This document shows, piece after piece, positions 28,689-37,132 of a stretch of DNA of 64,000 nt (the first letter of the stretch is position 1; every line of letters begins with the position of its first letter). This stretch comes from Chloroflexota bacterium. GTDB lineage: Bacteria > Chloroflexota > Anaerolineae > Anaerolineales > Villigracilaceae. The notes beneath the pieces were generated by a model, which saw nothing but the letters and a program-made list of their open reading frames with translations, was not told the origin of the DNA and searched no databases. The position numbers and the translations under genes are program-made. Location: positions 9,729 through 73,728 of the forward strand of contig JBFMDB010000017.1 in assembly GCA_040753755.1 (NCBI GenBank), read 5' to 3'.

Positions 28689-29671
28689 TGAAACGAGTTT
28701 ACTTGTCCCTTTTGATATTGATGCTGGCGGCGCTGGCTTGCAATTTTGGCGCGCCAGCGGTATCGCCGTCTGTGTTGGAACAGCCCACAGAAACAGCAAC
28801 CAGCCTCCCCGTCCAGAATGAAGCGGCGGTAACGCCAACCATCGTCAACGATGCGGATTCGGATGTCCTCATCCCGCTTGATTTGAATTCTTCTTTAACG
28901 TACAAGGGATTGTCGTTGATGCTGCAAGATAACGGCGCGCCGACGGTAATGCCTGTGGAGGATGTGATTGGCGTGGTCTGTATCGGCATGAGCAACGGCA
29001 ACCAGGAATGCGGCGATTTTATCAGCAAGTGGGAGCAAGGCGCGTTCGCGGGAGAGATCAATCCGCAGGTGCGGTTTGTGAATTGCGCGGTGGGCGGGCG
29101 CGCCATCGAGCATTGGAACAACCCGCAATTCGACGAAAAACTTTGGGATGCCTGTATTCAACGAAAGATTCCTGCGGCGGGACTGCGCCCCGACCAGATC
29201 CGCGTGGTGTGGCATAAGGCGGCTTCGATTTTTACCGCCGATGAGAATAGAAATGTTTTGCCCCCTTACCCCGACCCTGCTTCGGATTATTTCAACTTCT
29301 ACGATTCACTTACAATGTTTGCAGGGCGGGTGTATGAAAAATTCCCCTCAGTGCAGGCGGTGTATGCGACCAGCCGCAGTTATGGCGGCTTCGCATCCAA
29401 ACCCGAACGCGGCGAGCCGTTGTCTTTTGAGGAGGGGCTGGCGCTTAATCAATGGCTGGCAGATCATCCAACGGTGAACGGCGTATGGTATGGCTGGGGA
29501 GCGTATATCTGGGCGCCTGATTGCGCGAGCGGAATGACCAATGCCAGCGGCGTATGCTACGAGCGAAGCGACTATCAGGACGACGGCATTCATCCCGCGC
29601 AAGGGGCGCGAGATAAAGTCAGCCAAATGCTGCATGAGCGTTTCAGTCAATTCGAGTGGTACCAGCCGTAA
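28688..29671 (+). CDS. SGNH/GDSL-like esterase lipoprotein (putative)
   Basis: Start moved to ATG 28688 (overlaps the upstream TGA by 1 nt). MKRVYLSLLILMLAALAC. Candidate block I is CIGMSNG; candidate block V is DDGIHP. Confidence 0.6.
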   Translation: MKRVYLSLLILMLAALACNFGAPAVSPSVLEQPTETATSLPVQNEAAVTPTIVNDADSDVLIPLDLNSSLTYKGLSLMLQDNGAPTVMPVEDVIGVVCIGMSNGNQECGDFISKWEQGAFAGEINPQVRFVNCAVGGRAIEHWNNPQFDEKLWDACIQRKIPAAGLRPDQIRVVWHKAASIFTADENRNVLPPYPDPASDYFNFYDSLTMFAGRVYEKFPSVQAVYATSRSYGGFASKPERGEPLSFEEGLALNQWLADHPTVNGVWYGWGAYIWAPDCASGMTNASGVCYERSDYQDDGIHPAQGARDKVSQMLHERFSQFEWYQP

Positions 29672-29704
29672 GCAGTGTAAGCGTCGTTCGCTCAAAGGGT
29701 TGCC

Positions 29705-30340
29705 TTATTTCTGCAACAACTCCAACAGCGGACGGTGAAAGTCTTGGATGAGGAGAAACGCCAGTCCAACCAGCGTAAAGATTCCCACGCCCAAAAATTG
29801 AAAAATCAAACGCAACCGATGCGTGGATGGATTTTGCATCAGCGCGTTCTGCCAGCGGGCTTGCGAATTTGGAAAAGCGAGCAACAGCCATAACGGAGTG
29901 GTAAGTCCCAAGCCGACCAAGCCGAGCGTGAGCGCGCCTTGTAATGGAGACGGTGCAGTGAAACCGCCGTAAAAAAGCGCCAGTCCGATAAACCCGCTGG
30001 GCGGCGGGACGAGCGCCATCAGCCAGGGAAGTCCTTGAGACTGCGATGGGAGTGAACAGGCAAATTCTTTCGCGCGCGCCTGACGCAGGGTGGTGTAAAG
30101 CAGGTAGCCCGCCGTGATCAACATCAGCGCGCCCCAGGGTTTGCGAATGGACGCGCCGAGCAGGGCGGCGAAAACTCCTACCAAGGACAGCACGGCAATG
30201 CGAATGAGCGCCAACGCGATCAGCTTGGCGCGTTCGGTTTGCGTGCTTGCCCAGACCATGCTTCCGCTGCCGCAGGAGGGGTTGAGATTGAACAGGATGC
30301 CTGCCAGAAAAGCGAGAGGGTAGATCGAAAGTTCGGTCAT
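29705..30340 (-). CDS. DsbD_2/CcdA-like multi-pass membrane protein (putative thiol-disulfide transfer)
   Basis: 211 aa, about 6 TM helices, FNLNPSCGSG near the end of helix 1. Chosen over the overlapping Arg-rich ORF 29643..30347. Confidence 0.5.
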   Translation of the reverse strand: MTELSIYPLAFLAGILFNLNPSCGSGSMVWASTQTERAKLIALALIRIAVLSLVGVFAALLGASIRKPWGALMLITAGYLLYTTLRQARAKEFACSLPSQSQGLPWLMALVPPPSGFIGLALFYGGFTAPSPLQGALTLGLVGLGLTTPLWLLLAFPNSQARWQNALMQNPSTHRLRLIFQFLGVGIFTLVGLAFLLIQDFHRPLLELLQK

Positions 30341-30385
30341 GGTTCATGTTCCTGATTATGCTGGAGTTGATACAAGCCCATCATT

Positions 30386-31030
30386 TTACTTGCGGATGGC
30401 GATGAATACAACCGTTTGTAGTCCTTTGCGCGGGTGAATGACGGGCTGAACAGAGAGACCAAATTCTCCTGTCGTCTGTTCAAGCCAGTCGAGTTCCTTT
30501 ACAGTCAAAATCCCAAGTCCGCGCGCGATGCGTTGCAGAATACTGTTGTCGGTAAGGAGAACCATATCCACGAGAATGAAACACCCTCCTGGAGAGAGGA
30601 CGCGGGCGATCTCTGCGATGGTCGCAGGGTCAAGAATGAACACGGCGGGAAATGTGCTGATGACGGTATCGAAGGAGACGCCAGTCAACGGCATGGATTG
30701 TGTAATGCCCCGTACAAGATTGACACGCAGGTCTTGTTTTGCAATTCGCGCGGACGTAATGCGGTGCATGGCAGGGGAGAGATCCAAACCAAAGACCGCA
30801 TACCCGCGCCGCGCCAGTTCCGCCAGCAATATGCCTGTGCCGAATCCCACTTCCAACACGCGCACGCCGCGAACATGCGGAAGCGAGAGTTTCCGCCAGC
30901 GATCCCATTGACCTAGGCTGACCAGCCAACTGACGGCATCGTAGAGAGGCGAGAGCTCGTAATACAGCAGGTCTTCGATACGAGTGTAGAAGCGGGATAG
31001 ATATTTCAATGCCTGTTTATCTTTGTCCAT
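30386..31030 (-). CDS. Class I SAM-dependent methyltransferase
   Basis: Motif I VLEVGFGTGILLAELARRG, then FGLDLSPAM. Confidence 0.8.
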   Translation of the reverse strand: MDKDKQALKYLSRFYTRIEDLLYYELSPLYDAVSWLVSLGQWDRWRKLSLPHVRGVRVLEVGFGTGILLAELARRGYAVFGLDLSPAMHRITSARIAKQDLRVNLVRGITQSMPLTGVSFDTVISTFPAVFILDPATIAEIARVLSPGGCFILVDMVLLTDNSILQRIARGLGILTVKELDWLEQTTGEFGLSVQPVIHPRKGLQTVVFIAIRK

Positions 31031-31065
31031 CGAATGGCGTAATGATAACAGGGAATTTTTTCACG

Positions 31066-31118
31066 ACGTCCCGAAGGTTCTTCTTGCGCTTGATGTGAAA
31101 AGTCAGCCTTCGGGACGT
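31066..31118. repeat. CGTCCCGAAGG/CCTTCGGGACG hairpin-family element
   Basis: ACGTCCCGAAGG (31066-31077) pairs with CCTTCGGGACGT (31107-31118); 29-nt loop. Just downstream of the DUF3179 gene stop. Confidence 0.75.
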
Positions 31119-31123
31119 TCTTG

Positions 31124-32314
31124 TTACGGCTGGTAGATTCTCGTCTCGGGTTTGAACGCCGCCCACGAAAACCAGAAGTGATTGATGGACACAACGGGTA
31201 CGAGTTGTTTGCCCTTCAATTCTCCCGCAACGGCAAGACCGAAAATGTTCCATTCACTGCCTGTTTGCGCGTCGAGAATTTTTCCGTCTTTGAATTCGAA
31301 ATCAAGGAGTTGGTCATCCAGTAAGCGTGAGTACGCCACTGCCGAGCCGACTTCACGTCCTTCGGGGATGGCGCTTGTGTCCAATGCGGAGGCAGTGCCT
31401 TCCGTCCAGAAGATCACCACATCCTTTCCGCCAACTGTATCATTGATGACGTTCAATTCACTCAACACAGCATACGGATAGGCAACCGCTTCGCCGTTCA
31501 GGTCAACGGTCAATACCCGCGCCATCGGCGGGAGTTGATCGGGCGTCGCGCCATCGAACAAGAATGGCGTTTGGTTGATGTCGTCGTATCCGAAATACGG
31601 ATTCCTGCCATAATTGCGCGGATGCCCTGTGTCACGCGACAACACTTTGCCATCGGGATGTAACTCTTTGAAGTCTGCCCACGAGATCATCGAAGCGGGA
31701 TAAAACTCCAGTTGCGCGCCCGTGTGTTCACCTGCAATCGCGTCACCTGTGGCTTGCTGCCACCAGGTTTCAGTTTGCCTATCGTACATGATCAGGTTGC
31801 TGTAACGCAGTCTGCCCGTTGTGCCGAAATCAAGAACCTGTCCATCGAATGTGCGTTTGAATGCAATCGCCGTATTGCACAGCGGACAGAACGAGACCAG
31901 CAACGGTTCACCGCCAACTGTATCGTTGACGATCTCGTGCCACATCAGGATTTGGATGGGGTACGCGCGCGCATCGTCGCCGACCTGGACGAAGACGACG
32001 GGTTCGCGGTCATCGAGCCATTCGTCCGCTTCTTTCGTGGACTGGAAGGTGGGCGCGTCAATGGAGGGGATTCCATCCTTGGGCGGACCCCCTGAAAGGA
32101 TTTCGCTGTATGGCACAGAATGTTTGCTGAAGTCGGTGGTGAACTCGCCTTCGGCGCCGCGTGGGGGCGATTCGACTGGGAGGGAGGTGGAGGTCGGTTG
32201 GGGAGAGTCCGCTTCGGGGGTGTCTGATGCGATGGGCGTCGGTTGGGAGGTCGGCGCGCAGGAGGTCAGAATCCATCCAGCCGCGAGAATCCAAATCATC
32301 GAATTTCTAAACAT
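31124..32314 (-). CDS. DUF3179-family lipoprotein
   Basis: Lipobox ILTSC, PT-rich linker; LLVSFCPLCNTAIAF...FGTTGRLRYSNLIMYDRQTETWWQQ is characteristic of DUF3179 as recalled. Confidence 0.8.
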   Translation of the reverse strand: MFRNSMIWILAAGWILTSCAPTSQPTPIASDTPEADSPQPTSTSLPVESPPRGAEGEFTTDFSKHSVPYSEILSGGPPKDGIPSIDAPTFQSTKEADEWLDDREPVVFVQVGDDARAYPIQILMWHEIVNDTVGGEPLLVSFCPLCNTAIAFKRTFDGQVLDFGTTGRLRYSNLIMYDRQTETWWQQATGDAIAGEHTGAQLEFYPASMISWADFKELHPDGKVLSRDTGHPRNYGRNPYFGYDDINQTPFLFDGATPDQLPPMARVLTVDLNGEAVAYPYAVLSELNVINDTVGGKDVVIFWTEGTASALDTSAIPEGREVGSAVAYSRLLDDQLLDFEFKDGKILDAQTGSEWNIFGLAVAGELKGKQLVPVVSINHFWFSWAAFKPETRIYQP

Positions 32315-32442
32315 GGGCGCTCCTTTACTCGGTTAGAGGAGAATCGCCCGATTTCCCTTACCCATTTTGTGGCGTAATTTGCTTTTTATGAAGGGTAAGA
32401 CATTTTAGAACGTTGTCCTCTATTCGGGGAGGTAATAACTTT

Positions 32443-33159
32443 ATGGAGAATTCGATTCAAATGTCGTCGTTCAAAACCTGGTTCAAGAAACACGCGCAAA
32501 AAATGGGCGCGTTACTATTCTGGGCGCTGTTGATCGCGGGGTATCAATGGTACGCCAATGCAAACGATCTCTCGCCGTTCGGCGCGATCCAGAATCTGTT
32601 GACTTTCATGCAAAACGGGATCTGGGGCGTGTTGATTTACATCCTGCTGTATGCCGTCCGCCCGTTGCTTTTGTTCCCCGCGACCGTATTGAGCGTTGCC
32701 AGCGGTTTTGTGTTTGGACCGTTCTTCGGCGTGCTGTATACGATCATCGCCAGCAACATCTCATCCACGATTGCGTTTTTCGTGGGTCATTATTTCGGCG
32801 AAGACCTGCTCAAAGACGATGGCTCAGATGGACTCATCCAACGCTATGCGCGGCGGATGCGCGAGAACAGTTTCGAGACGGTGATGATCATGCGCTTCAT
32901 CTTCCTGCCGTATGACGCGGTGAGTTACCTGGCGGGATTTTTGAGAATCCATTATTGGGCGTTTATCCTGGCGACGGCGCTTGGCTCCATCCCAGGGACA
33001 ATTGCCTTCGTCGGCTTCGGCGCTTCCATCGAGACCTTTGACGGGGCGCTGCCGAAGTTGAATCCCGTCACGTTGGGGTTTTCGGCGGCGATTTTTATTG
33101 TGAGCATTGCGCTTTCGAGGATGTTTAAGAAGAGGGAAGCGATCACGCCCTCACCCTGA
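32443..33159 (+). CDS. TVP38/TMEM64 (DedA-related) membrane protein
   Basis: ATG 32443 preferred (SD ggagg upstream). VLIYILLYAVRPLLLFPATVLSVASGFVFGPFFG is the typical family core. Confidence 0.8.
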   Translation: MENSIQMSSFKTWFKKHAQKMGALLFWALLIAGYQWYANANDLSPFGAIQNLLTFMQNGIWGVLIYILLYAVRPLLLFPATVLSVASGFVFGPFFGVLYTIIASNISSTIAFFVGHYFGEDLLKDDGSDGLIQRYARRMRENSFETVMIMRFIFLPYDAVSYLAGFLRIHYWAFILATALGSIPGTIAFVGFGASIETFDGALPKLNPVTLGFSAAIFIVSIALSRMFKKREAITPSP

Positions 33160-33221
33160 CCCTCTCCCGCAGGGAGAGGGGAACTCCCTTCCCCCTTCGG
33201 GGGAAGGGCTGGGGATGAGGG
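33148..33221. repeat. GC-rich multi-hairpin repeat (CCCTCACCC...CCCTCTCCC-gca-GGGAGAGGG...GGGGATGAGGG), copy 1
   Basis: About 90 percent identical by eye to 37928-38000. Overlaps the last codons and stop of the TVP38 gene. Confidence 0.8.
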
Positions 33222-33264
33222 TCTCTGCCGTCAGATTTTAGAACACCACAAAGGAACACACATC

Positions 33265-34683
33265 ATGTCACATCATTTTCATACCATCGTCATCGGCGCG
33301 GGGTCGGGCGGGATGACGGTTGCGGTGGGGCTTTCGGGCTTGGGAAAGCAGGTCGCATTCATCGAAGGTAATCATGTCGGCGGCGATTGCACCAACGTGG
33401 GCTGTGTGCCGTCGAAGACGTTGATCCATCTGGCGAAGAACTTCAAGCCTGGGATGAATCCCGATGACGCCCTGCGCGAAGTGACTCGCAAGCGCGACGC
33501 CCTGCGCGATAAAGAGACCGAAGAAGTGAAGCATTTGCAGAATGTCACTTTTATTGAAGGCTGGGCAAAGTTCACTGCGCCGAAGGAGATCGAAGTGGCG
33601 TTGAAAGACGGCTCGACTCGCAAACTCACCGCAGACAATATCGTCATTTCGACGGGCGCGCGTCCGCGCATGATCGAAATTCCTGGCTTGCCCAAAGAGC
33701 GGACTTTGACGAATGAGTCGCTGTTCGATCTGACAAACCTGCCGAAGCATTTGGTCATCGTCGGCGCGGGGATCATTGCGCTGGAAATGGCGTTTGCCTT
33801 CCAGAAACTCGGTTCGCAGGTGACGATGTTCGCGCTGGATGCGCGCCCGCTGATGACCGCCATCCCCGAAGCGTCGGAGGCGATTCAAAAGGAACTCGAC
33901 AGGCGGCGAATTTCCACCCACTACAATGCAACCGCGCAGGGATTCGATGAATCCACGCGCACGCTCACCATCAAACAGGGCGATGGTTTCATCACGCTGC
34001 ATCACGTGGACAAGGTTTTAGTGGCAATCGGTCGGATGCGGAATCTTGACTCGCTCGGACTGGAACAGGCTGGGGTCAGGTGGGATGCGCGGACGGGGGT
34101 GCAGGTCAACTCGTTTGGGGAGACGAATGTCAAAGGCGTGTATGCGATTGGGGATGTGACTCCCACGTCCGCTTTTACCCATTCGGCGAACGCGCAGGGA
34201 CGGCGCGTCGTTCAGCGCATCGCCTTCCCTTATCTGCCGCTCGCAAAGCAGGAACCGTTGTTTCCAAATGCCACCTTCAGCGACCCCGAAGCGGCAATGG
34301 TGGGATGGACGCCAGCCGAGATTGCAAAGAAGTATCATCCGCAACTTATCAAGCGCATTCGTGTGGACTTCAAAGACCATACCGATCGCGGCTACACGGA
34401 CGATGTCGAAAACGGCTTCATCATCGTGGACGCGGTGCGGCTTACAGGTCGGATTTTGCACGCCACGATTGTCGCGCCGCACGCCTCGGAGATGATCTCG
34501 TTCTTCACGCTGGCAATCAGCCAGAGGATTTCGTTGTACAAGATTTATCGGCTGGTCTATCCATACCCGACGTTTTCCAGCGGCATTTTGAAAGTCGCTG
34601 ATTTCTTCATGCGCGAGACCCTGCCGAATCTTGGAAAAGAACTGGCGGCGTATCTGAAATATCGTTTTGCGAAAGTCAATTAA
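33265..34683 (+). CDS. FAD-dependent pyridine nucleotide-disulfide oxidoreductase (Lpd/GR/MerA-like class I)
   Basis: IVIGAGSGGMTVA (FAD fold), redox-active GGDCTNVGCVPSK, second Rossmann LVIVGAGIIALEMA, C-terminal dimerisation region. No C-terminal Cys pair. Confidence 0.85.
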   Translation: MSHHFHTIVIGAGSGGMTVAVGLSGLGKQVAFIEGNHVGGDCTNVGCVPSKTLIHLAKNFKPGMNPDDALREVTRKRDALRDKETEEVKHLQNVTFIEGWAKFTAPKEIEVALKDGSTRKLTADNIVISTGARPRMIEIPGLPKERTLTNESLFDLTNLPKHLVIVGAGIIALEMAFAFQKLGSQVTMFALDARPLMTAIPEASEAIQKELDRRRISTHYNATAQGFDESTRTLTIKQGDGFITLHHVDKVLVAIGRMRNLDSLGLEQAGVRWDARTGVQVNSFGETNVKGVYAIGDVTPTSAFTHSANAQGRRVVQRIAFPYLPLAKQEPLFPNATFSDPEAAMVGWTPAEIAKKYHPQLIKRIRVDFKDHTDRGYTDDVENGFIIVDAVRLTGRILHATIVAPHASEMISFFTLAISQRISLYKIYRLVYPYPTFSSGILKVADFFMRETLPNLGKELAAYLKYRFAKVN

Positions 34684-34736
34684 CCACAAAGGGTCACAAA
34701 GTAGCACGAAGGAAAACCTTTGTGACCCTTCGTGGT
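34684..34736. terminator. Long hairpin (CCACAAAGGGTCACAAAG ... CTTTGTGACCCTTCGTGG)
   Basis: 18-bp stem with one mismatch and a 16-nt loop, immediately after the oxidoreductase stop. Confidence 0.55.
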
Positions 34737-34763
34737 GAAAAAATTTTAGGAGAAAAGAAGAAA

Positions 34764-36080
34764 ATGAAACGGATCGTATTTTTGCTCGTTGTATTAACCA
34801 TGTTGCTGGCGGCTTGCGCTCCCGCGCCTGCATCCCCTCTCCCCTCGGGACAGGAACAGGGTGAGGGCAACCCGCCCGCCGCGACTGACGCGCCAATGAT
34901 GGATCACAATGACTTCGACATCGAAGATTGGGACAGCGTCCTCGCCGCCGCCAAAGGTCAGACCCTCAACTGGTACATCTGGGGCGGCTCGGACAGCATC
35001 AACGCCTTTGTGGATAACTTCTACGGCAAGGCGCTGAAGGAACGCTACGACATCACCCTCAACCGCGTGCCGCTTGCGGATACCGCCGACGCGGTCAATC
35101 AAGTGTTGAGCGAGAAACAGGCTGGTAAAGACCCAGGCGCAGTGGACTTGATCTGGATCAACGGCGAGAACTTCTTCACGCTCAAACAAGCCGATATGCT
35201 CTACAAGGATTGGGCGCAGCAAATCCCCAACGCCGCGCTGGTCAATTGGGATAACCCCGCCATCAATCTTGACTTCGGTCATCCTGTGGATAATCAGGAA
35301 AGTCCCTGGTCTTCGGCGCAATTCCAATTCATCTATGACTCAGCCCGCATGAGCGAAGACGAACTCCCGCGCTCGTATGCCGAACTCAAAGATTGGGCAT
35401 GCGCTCATCCTGGTCGCTTCACCTACGTTGACCCGACAGGCTCGGGCGGTTTTCTCGGCACGCGCTTTCTCAAAGGCGCGCTCTACGAACTGAGCGGCGG
35501 CGCGGAGCAATGGCTCACATTCGATCAAGCCTTGTGGGATCAACATTCGCCCGCGCTCTGGGCGTACCTCAACGAACTCGAACCCTGCCTGTGGCGCGAA
35601 GGCGAGACCTACCCGCAGGTCGAATCGGAATTGGTTGCTCTCTTCGCCAACAACGAAGTGGATTTCAGCATGACCAACGATATGTCTGGCGCGGGTCGCT
35701 GGATCGCCGACGGTCTCATGCCCGACACCGCCCGCGCCTTCGTCTTCGACGACTACATGATCGGCGATTTCAACTACGTCGCCATTCCGCTCAACGCGCC
35801 GAACAAAGCCGCCGCGCTCGTGCTGGCGAATCTTCTGCTCGAACCTGAATTCCAAGCCGCGCAGATTCTTCCTGAAAACGGATTCGGACTCGGCTACGCC
35901 ATTGACGTGACCCGCGTGACGGACGAAGCGGCTCTTTCCGCGCTCGAAGCGGCTGCCTCCCAATTGGGCGAATCCGCCACCCCAGCCTCCGACCTCGCCA
36001 ACTCCCTCGTCGGTGACTCGGCGGCGGAATACCAAACCCTGCTCGAACAGGATTGGTTGAAGTTTGTGTTGCAGAAATGA
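34764..36080 (+). CDS. ABC transporter substrate-binding lipoprotein (YnjB-like as recalled; substrate unknown)
   Basis: Start moved to ATG 34764. MKRIVFLLVVLTMLLAAC; NWYIWGGSDSINAFVDNFYG and DLIWINGENFFTLKQ. Confidence 0.75.
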   Translation: MKRIVFLLVVLTMLLAACAPAPASPLPSGQEQGEGNPPAATDAPMMDHNDFDIEDWDSVLAAAKGQTLNWYIWGGSDSINAFVDNFYGKALKERYDITLNRVPLADTADAVNQVLSEKQAGKDPGAVDLIWINGENFFTLKQADMLYKDWAQQIPNAALVNWDNPAINLDFGHPVDNQESPWSSAQFQFIYDSARMSEDELPRSYAELKDWACAHPGRFTYVDPTGSGGFLGTRFLKGALYELSGGAEQWLTFDQALWDQHSPALWAYLNELEPCLWREGETYPQVESELVALFANNEVDFSMTNDMSGAGRWIADGLMPDTARAFVFDDYMIGDFNYVAIPLNAPNKAAALVLANLLLEPEFQAAQILPENGFGLGYAIDVTRVTDEAALSALEAAASQLGESATPASDLANSLVGDSAAEYQTLLEQDWLKFVLQK

Positions 36081-36167
36081 GTTTCAAGTGTCAGGTTCCA
36101 TGTTTCAGGTGAACATGCAACTGCGCCTCACACTTGAAACATGGAACTTGAAACGTGACACTTGGAA
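36081..36167. repeat. Imperfect inverted repeat built from GTTTCAAG/GTGTCAGG/GTTCCA words
   Basis: gtttcaagtgtcaggttccatgtttcaggtg pairs with cacttgaaacatggaacttgaaacgtgacacttggaac, between the SBP and first permease genes. Related words occur at 45885-45928. Confidence 0.65.
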
Positions 36168-36184
36168 CGTGGCACTTCCCGCCC

Positions 36185-37051
36185 ATGCGCGATAAATTTA
36201 TCTTCTCCCCCTGGCTTTCCCTCGCCCCAGCATTGACTCTCATCCTCGTCCTGCTGGGCGCGAGTCTTTTCTATGCCATCGCGGAGAGTCTCGGATTCAT
36301 CCGCGTCATCGGTCAAAGCGACATCTCGCTCGCCGCCTACCGCGCCGCGCTCGCCGCCGATTCCGAGTTTTGGGTTTCGCTTGGGTTCTCGCTGTGGATC
36401 AGCATCGCCTCCACAGTCATCTCATCGGCGATCGCTCTCGCTCTAGCCGTCTGGCTCTCCTCCCGCAACAACGGCTCCGACACCTTCGCCCTCAACTGGA
36501 ATCTCGCCTTCCCGCATCTCGTCTTCGCCGCCGCCCTCCTGCTCTTCCTCTCCCAAAGCGGATTGTTCGCGCGCTGGGCGGCTTCGCTCGGTCTCATCGC
36601 CACGCCCGACCAATTCCCCGTCCTCGTGCGTGACCGTTACGGCATCGGCATCATTCTCAGTTACATCGGCAAAGAAGTCCCCTTCCTCACACTCATCCTG
36701 CTCTCCGTCCTGCGCTCGCAGCCTGTCCGCTATGATGTCGTCGCGGAAAATCTTGGTGCAAGCCGCTGGCAGAGACTCCGCTACGTGACCATTCCACAAG
36801 TCCTGCCCGCCCTGCTTGCTGGCGATTTACTGGTGTTCGGATTCATCTTCAGCAGTTACGAAGTCCCTGCCCTGTTGGGAGTCGGCTACCCGCGCGCCCT
36901 GCCCGTCCTTGCCCTGCGCTTCTTCCTTGACCCCGACCTGCGTGCCCGTCCCCAAGGCATGGTCATCAGCCTGATCATTACCCTGATCGTAATGGTCGTG
37001 GCGGTGGCGAGTCTACGGATTGGAGAGCGGAAGGAAAAGGATGAAGGATGA
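36185..37051 (+). CDS. ABC transporter permease 1
   Basis: Start moved to ATG 36185 (MRDKFIFSPWLSL) to avoid the inverted repeat. 6-TM binding-protein-dependent permease pattern. Confidence 0.8.
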   Translation: MRDKFIFSPWLSLAPALTLILVLLGASLFYAIAESLGFIRVIGQSDISLAAYRAALAADSEFWVSLGFSLWISIASTVISSAIALALAVWLSSRNNGSDTFALNWNLAFPHLVFAAALLLFLSQSGLFARWAASLGLIATPDQFPVLVRDRYGIGIILSYIGKEVPFLTLILLSVLRSQPVRYDVVAENLGASRWQRLRYVTIPQVLPALLAGDLLVFGFIFSSYEVPALLGVGYPRALPVLALRFFLDPDLRARPQGMVISLIITLIVMVVAVASLRIGERKEKDEG

Positions 37052-37067
37052 AGGATGAAAATATTAT

Positions 37068-37118
37068 GTCATTGCGAGGGCGGCGTTCTTCCGCCCAAAG
37101 CAATCTCCTCGCAATGAC
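37068..37118. repeat. Palindromic GTCATTGCGAGG...CCTCGCAATGAC element
   Basis: Perfect 12-bp terminal stem (37068-37079 / 37107-37118) with internal aagcaatctcc. Confidence 0.85.
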
Positions 37119-37132
37119 GGAGTAGATGTTGA

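Noticed and set aside
29643-30347. 234-aa ORF overlapping the DsbD_2-like gene in another frame
   Set aside because: The product is Arg/Ala/His-rich and non-membrane. The alternative frame gives a coherent 6-TM protein.
33265-34683. Mercuric reductase (MerA) assignment for the flavoprotein disulfide reductase
   Set aside because: It has no C-terminal Cys-Cys pair and no NmerA/HMA domain, and there are no merR/T/P genes. Only the generic class I CxxxxC motif is present.
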